Under the pieces are notes generated by a model. The model did no database searches, was not told where the DNA came from, and worked only from the letters and a program-made list of their open reading frames with translations. From assembly GCA_040954595.2 (NCBI GenBank), contig CM082594.2, positions 9,862,296 to 9,926,295 of the forward strand: a stretch of DNA of 64,000 bases, read 5' to 3'. Each line of letters starts with the position of its first letter. Within the stretch, counting starts at the first letter, position 1. This document shows positions 58,901 to 64,000 of the stretch, piece after piece. Made by a program: the position numbers and the translations under genes. Origin of the DNA: Balanoglossus misakiensis. Lineage: Eukaryota > Animalia > Hemichordata.

Positions 58901-59613
58901 ATACTCTGTCATCTGAATGATCAGCACTGTCTGGTTTGTATCGCCGCTGTTCACTACAGATGTCAAAGTACAGAAGACTTGCATATCTGTGTAGAGTGGA
59001 GACTGGTAATTTTACTCCGCTTTGAAAAACGAGCTGGTAGGCGGGCAGTGATGATATCCAAACAAATTAGTTCAAATATGCAGTTATATATCCAAGAAAT
59101 TATTACCAGATGTTGGTGAAAAGGTTTAATATTCTTGTTCAGTAGACCGTAAAATCTTCATAGATTTCAACGGAATTTGTTTTATGTGATCCTCTTTTAC
59201 TCAACAAAGGCCACAATCAAACCTCTTGTCTGAAAGTAATGATTATTGTACGTTTCCAAATCAAATAATTTCTGTGGTTTGAATGCGTTGTATAATGAAC
59301 TTAATGAGATCAGTGGATAGTTTTTGCAAACAGAGTTCGGATCGAGAGAGTAATTACCACCAAGAGTCTTCTGGGTAATTTTTTGTTTTTCAATTTCAAT
59401 GATATCTGAATATCATGAATGTTATCTCCGGTCATATGTATCTTCTAATAATTTGCTGTAATTACTAAAATTGAAATTCATGCCATGTCCAGGACAAATA
59501 TTCCATAAGGATGACTAAAGTAAGGACATCAAGATGGTTATGTTTCAGTAGTAGGGTTAAGAAAACTCCTCAAATCTTCTCTGGGACAGGAAAATGATCA
59601 ATACTATTGAGTA

Positions 59614-59688
59614 TAACCTTTGACCTGTTATGAAGCAATGGATGATAAATATCCAGCTTATTGGGTACACTCGGGTCATCAGAGGTCA
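59614..59688. promoter_or_regulatory. Nuclear-receptor direct repeats (DR1 and DR4)
   Basis: TAACCT-T-TGACCT at 59614-59626 (DR1 on the minus strand) and GGGTCA-TCAG-AGGTCA at 59673-59688 (DR4). Confidence 0.3.
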
Positions 59689-60221
59689 TCTAGATGATGT
59701 AATGTAGTGTAAAGTATGAGCTGTTATGCAGAGGACACTTTGTGTAGACATACTGTGAGCTCCTTGGCTCTTAGTAACTTCGATCATTGCAAAATGAAGG
59801 TCCAATTCAATCTGGTTACAATCAGACATAAGCCAAATATGGTACGGCGACGTCTTCTACTTGCGCTGCATGGTATTCTCGTATGTTGTGCCTCACACAG
59901 TATCAGATTGGGTCCAATTGGAGCCTGTGTCATTCTTCATTCCTCTTGTTCTACTGGTTAACAATTCGACGTTATTGCATACAATTAACTAATTTATCAA
60001 TAAATGGTATGTTTTTTATACAGCATGATGTTACATCATTCAAAATGACTTAATGATGACACAATTAAATCATTATCTATATATTAGCCAAGAATTTGAG
60101 TGATTAATGAAAATAACTAGCATTGTCAGTAGGTCACTGGATGAATATTTTTACTCATCCACCAACTGGGCTTAATCATGTTCTATTCAACATGAACACT
60201 TGGAGACTTTTAATGCATCAT

Positions 60222-60379
60222 TTCATTCATTCATTCATTCATTCATTCATTCATTCATTCATTCATTCATTCATTCATTCATTCATTCATTTATGTGTTC
60301 GTTCATTCATTCATTCATTTATTCTTTCATTCATTCATTCATTCACTCACTCACTCATTCATTCATTCATCTCATTCAT
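60222..60379. repeat. (TTCA)n microsatellite
   Basis: About 40 units, degenerate at the right end; explains the FIHS-repeat ORFs. Confidence 0.95.
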
Positions 60380-63059
60380 CAAACCACGTGTTTAAACACA
60401 ACCTGTCATTACACTGTACAAAATGATAAATTCATCTCATGAAACCATCACAACTCAAGGGATAAAAATGGTTCAGTGATCATCGCAAGGTGGTTTACAT
60501 TTCAATATCACATCTGTTAACCTTTGTCCAATTTTGACCCAATCTCCAGCATTTTTGTCACAGAAAATCCATTCAATTCTCCGCTAATGAAAGTACTAAG
60601 AATCATGGTTCGTTCATTCATTCATGCATGTATGATAATAATAATTCTGCCAGTGTCGGGGGAATGCCAATCCAAAATGGCAAATTTGCTTCATACTTCA
60701 AGTCTTGCTTGACTTCCTGGATAACATGTCTGACACAGTTATCTATTCTGTGTTCATAATCTTTGACAAGAAACCCAAGGGTCTTACTGAATTCATGAAT
60801 AAAAGTCACCAGATTTTTTAGTACTTTATTGCAGTCAACCAAAGCAGGTACATCCAGTATTAAAACATTCATTCCTGTGAAACTCTTACAGATACAGTTT
60901 TGAAATACAAACATTGTTACTTTATATAGGTACTTTCTAATAAAAAAAAAGTTTCCTTTGATAAATGTTTCAAAAATTCTGACCCATGCCTGCATTGAAT
61001 TGGTAATCTTGAGATAAAACAAAATAAATGACTCTCACCCAAAATAATGTAAGCTCATAAATTTTGAATTAAAATCTCATAAATCTTTTAAAAACTCTCC
61101 TTTTAACTGAAGATGCTGGAGCCAAGATGTCGAGAGTTCAGACTTTTGGTGCCACAGTAAGAAGACTTGCAAACATTCTCCCGATATTAAATATTTTACG
61201 GGTGAGTACATACTATTCATACAGATGACATGTGTGTGATCACTAAGGTGAATTATTGGATAACATCCACCGTACAGTAGAGTGAACTTTTGTCCGAGAT
61301 GCCCTTGTGTTCTTTCCTGGTGTTCTGTGATTATGGATTAATTCAACAAGTATGTAGCTACTTCTGTAATCATCGGAGTCGTCTTTCAAACTGCCAATAA
61401 ATTGAAGAAGCTTCAAATTTTTGCTCCAATTATACCATGTCTGGTACCAGGGAACAATTTATGAGAAAATCATCTCCAATGCACTAAATTTTGAACTGAA
61501 CTATAACAATGTTTTCCAAAAACATCCAACATGAGTCAGGCTATTTTACCAAGTTCTATATCCAGAGTATATTTCAAAAGTATGAGAATTTAGCAATTGA
61601 TAGAGCTTTTCTGATTGTAATCTTAGATTTATGATAAAACTCTTTCAACAGAAATGTTGTGGGTGATTGGTATATAATATGATAAAAGACACTTGGTGGT
61701 TAAAGGTTCTTTAGTTCCCATGGTAACAATAAGTTGGCAGAGAAAGTGTCAAAGCCATTTTGGATCAAGGATTAACTTAGCATTATGGGTATAAAGTCAA
61801 CCACGGTTGACTGATCAGCATGGCTAGTGTGTAAGTAGGCTAGTATATTGGTAGTGTCCTCCTTTTGTGTCACAAATCGAATTAAACATTACAGAAGCAT
61901 ATGATTGAGTACCACCAGGGGAAGCCAGTGGAGTTTGTATCAGTTGTGGGTGCACTGAGTTCTCAGAGTCATTTCAGTCGACGTGTTCCTGTGAAAATGA
62001 AGGAATTTCCCGGGAGGATCTAAACACAGCTGAAGTGGCTTTGTTTGACGCTCTTTATACAATGGAACTCAGTCCCCATTATACAAAGTAGAGATCTTCG
62101 AGCCATGAGAACTAAAGGGGAGGGGACACACACAATCTTGATCAATACTGACAGAGTATGGGTGCAACTGTTTGTAACTGTCAGTGTTTACAATTTCCCT
62201 CCCTAATTTCCTTGTCTAAATGATCTGCTAATTGTTAATAATCATTAATTAACAGTATATTTTCTGATGTTTCCTGTAATTCTGACTTTATTTTATTCAA
62301 AATGCAGTCATTAGAAATCTACAATGAAAAAAAATTACAATTAAAATGACTTAAATAAGGTACAATTAAAGATAAATAAATGAAACTAAAGACTTGGTGT
62401 TTGTAGAGAATTCTCAACAATAACAGTTTAGTATTCCTTGAAATGTAAATTGATAAATGAATGGTACTGTAAGACCATGCTACCTTCCTTGAATGATTCA
62501 TCAGGTTAGCAATGATTTGTTAATAGACAGAAATTAAAGTTCTGTTCTGCTTTATGACTAGCATTGTTCTGTGACTATTCCGAACCCATCAACGTCGAAC
62601 AATACATCACAATAGACAGTTTTGACTCCTTAATGACTTGCAGAATAAATCCAAGGCCATGCCTGTTAAGTTACTAGTTTAACTTAATATCAGTTGCCGC
62701 CACTATGTCTGACTTCTGACAACATGGAATCATTAATATCCCCAGTTGCTTGAAAAATATGAATATTAATCCATGAACATAAATTTCATCACAATTGATG
62801 ATCTCACTTGATAACCAGTTCCACGCATTGCAATTGAGTTTCCATCAAGACCTTTTTTACTCCTTTTAAAATCATACTTTGAAATAGTTGGAATTTAATT
62901 GATAGATATCCATCCTCATATGACCTCTTCAAATTCAGGGAGAAAGGTACACTTCAACTCTAACATTGTATGGATATAATTTCAAGACAACAGATCTTAG
63001 CAATCAATGTGATTATATTCTATTTCGTTCAATTCACACGTTTATTGTTATACGCTCTT

Positions 63060-63554
63060 TCTCCTACGAAAGAATGCGATTGGAAATTATCTTGCCGCAG
63101 CACGATTGATCAAAGATTAAAAGTTTGACCACATATGTCCTAAGGTCGTATCGTCGATTGTCTGTGTACCTTTTCCGCAATAATTCCATTCCACCTGCAT
63201 GTTTACCTGAGTTTTATCCGCTGTTTTAGATTGGCTTTCATCTATTCCGATGAATCACGCACTTTTGTGTCATGATTGGTCACTTTAAACTAGTCCCTCC
63301 TTCATGGTGTAATCTATGTTAATGTATGATAAAGAGCTCTGCTTGCCAAATATGGTAGCTACTCATTAAGCTTGCCCAACTGAGCGTTTATTTTGCCTGC
63401 ATGTTTTCATGGAGTATTGGCGTCGGGGAAAGGTGGTCGACGTCGCCGAATTTCAAGGGATTTTACGCGGTTTTTTGCTTGGACCCTTTTAGGATTAATG
63501 CAGGAGGAACAGGAGATAACCGGCCGTGGCGTAGTGTAGTGTGTTTTGTCAAAC
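63060..63554 (+). promoter_or_regulatory. Probable promoter and 5'UTR of the signal-peptide gene
   Basis: CpG density rises from about 63050 to the window end. Three reverse CCAAT boxes (ATTGG at 63079, 63230, 63275) and a perfect CArG box CCAAATATGG at 63346-63355. The TSS cannot be placed from sequence alone. Confidence 0.5.
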
Positions 63555-63627
63555 ATGGCCAGAAATCGAGCCATCGGTGGATGGATTCTCGTCTTGGTGT
63601 CCCTCTCTCAAGCAGTTGTAGTTTTAG
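63555..63627 (+). CDS. First coding exon (signal peptide) of a secreted or cell-surface protein; gene continues beyond the window
   Basis: ATG at 63555 in strong Kozak context (caaacATGG) with an in-frame upstream stop (TAG 63537-63539). Reads MARNRAIGGWILVLVSLSQAVVVL plus 1 nt: basic n-region, then a hydrophobic h-region. Ends at a consensus donor TAG|GTGAGT (intron starts 63628, phase 1, typical after signal-peptide exons). Lies in the most CpG-rich part of the window. Too short for the ORF track. Confidence 0.75.
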
Positions 63628-64000
63628 GTGAGTTAGAACTTATTTATACACTCCAGCTCTGGTCTTCAAACTACTGCATATAAACGCCGTTGTGAGATTT
63701 AGGCGTGAGATGGGTATTTTGAAGACCTAGGCGTTAAGCAGTGCGAGGTTTGATTCATTAATTGTATGTGGACAGTGTTATGACAGTGGTTATGACAGTG
63801 TGACTGTGCTGGTAGTCGGGGTCAAGATTGTCCGCGTTTGACAAAGGACGCGTGTACACTGGTGCACGTAATGGACAGGAGGGGAGGCCGTGTGGTTGTT
63901 GTGTAAAACTTCGTCAGAACTTCGAAGACATTACTCTAAACGCCTCTAAGCCGTGCTAAATATCTGACTGGGGGCCTGATTGCGAGTATGTGCCATCTGC
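63628..64000 (+). other. 5' part of the intron following the signal-peptide exon
   Basis: Begins GTGAGTTAG; CpG-rich; no obvious acceptor or coding exon before the window ends. Confidence 0.65.

Noticed and set aside
63401-63631. 76-aa ORF as the gene's real CDS
   Set aside because: A different frame gives a clean signal peptide with a better Kozak context and a phase-1 donor; this ORF is treated as a uORF.
1-64000. tRNA, rRNA, SINE heads, reverse transcriptase or transposase ORFs, prokaryotic operons
   Set aside because: No A/B boxes, cloverleafs or catalytic motifs recognised; the other 60-143 aa ORFs look like random background.

Overview
AT-rich (roughly 35-40% GC by eye) eukaryotic genomic DNA, most likely from a marine invertebrate (deuterostome-like repeats; the taxon is an inference). 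Almost all of it is non-coding. No ORF in the supplied track resembles a known protein, and I see no rRNA, tRNA, CRISPR array or transposase. The best-supported coding feature lies at the far right: a + strand first coding exon (63555-63627) encoding a signal peptide, followed by a phase-1 GTGAGT intron and preceded by a CpG-rich, CCAAT/CArG-containing promoter or 5'UTR with several uORFs. The preceding ~63 kb looks like the upstream regulatory domain or long 5' introns of that secreted or cell-surface protein gene. It carries at least 15 RFX X-box palindromes, candidate non-coding exons, a few weak minus-strand exon candidates, foldback/MITE elements and simple repeats. I found no convincing novel biological system. 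The X-box array, the double-foldback element and the uORF-rich leader are the best leads.
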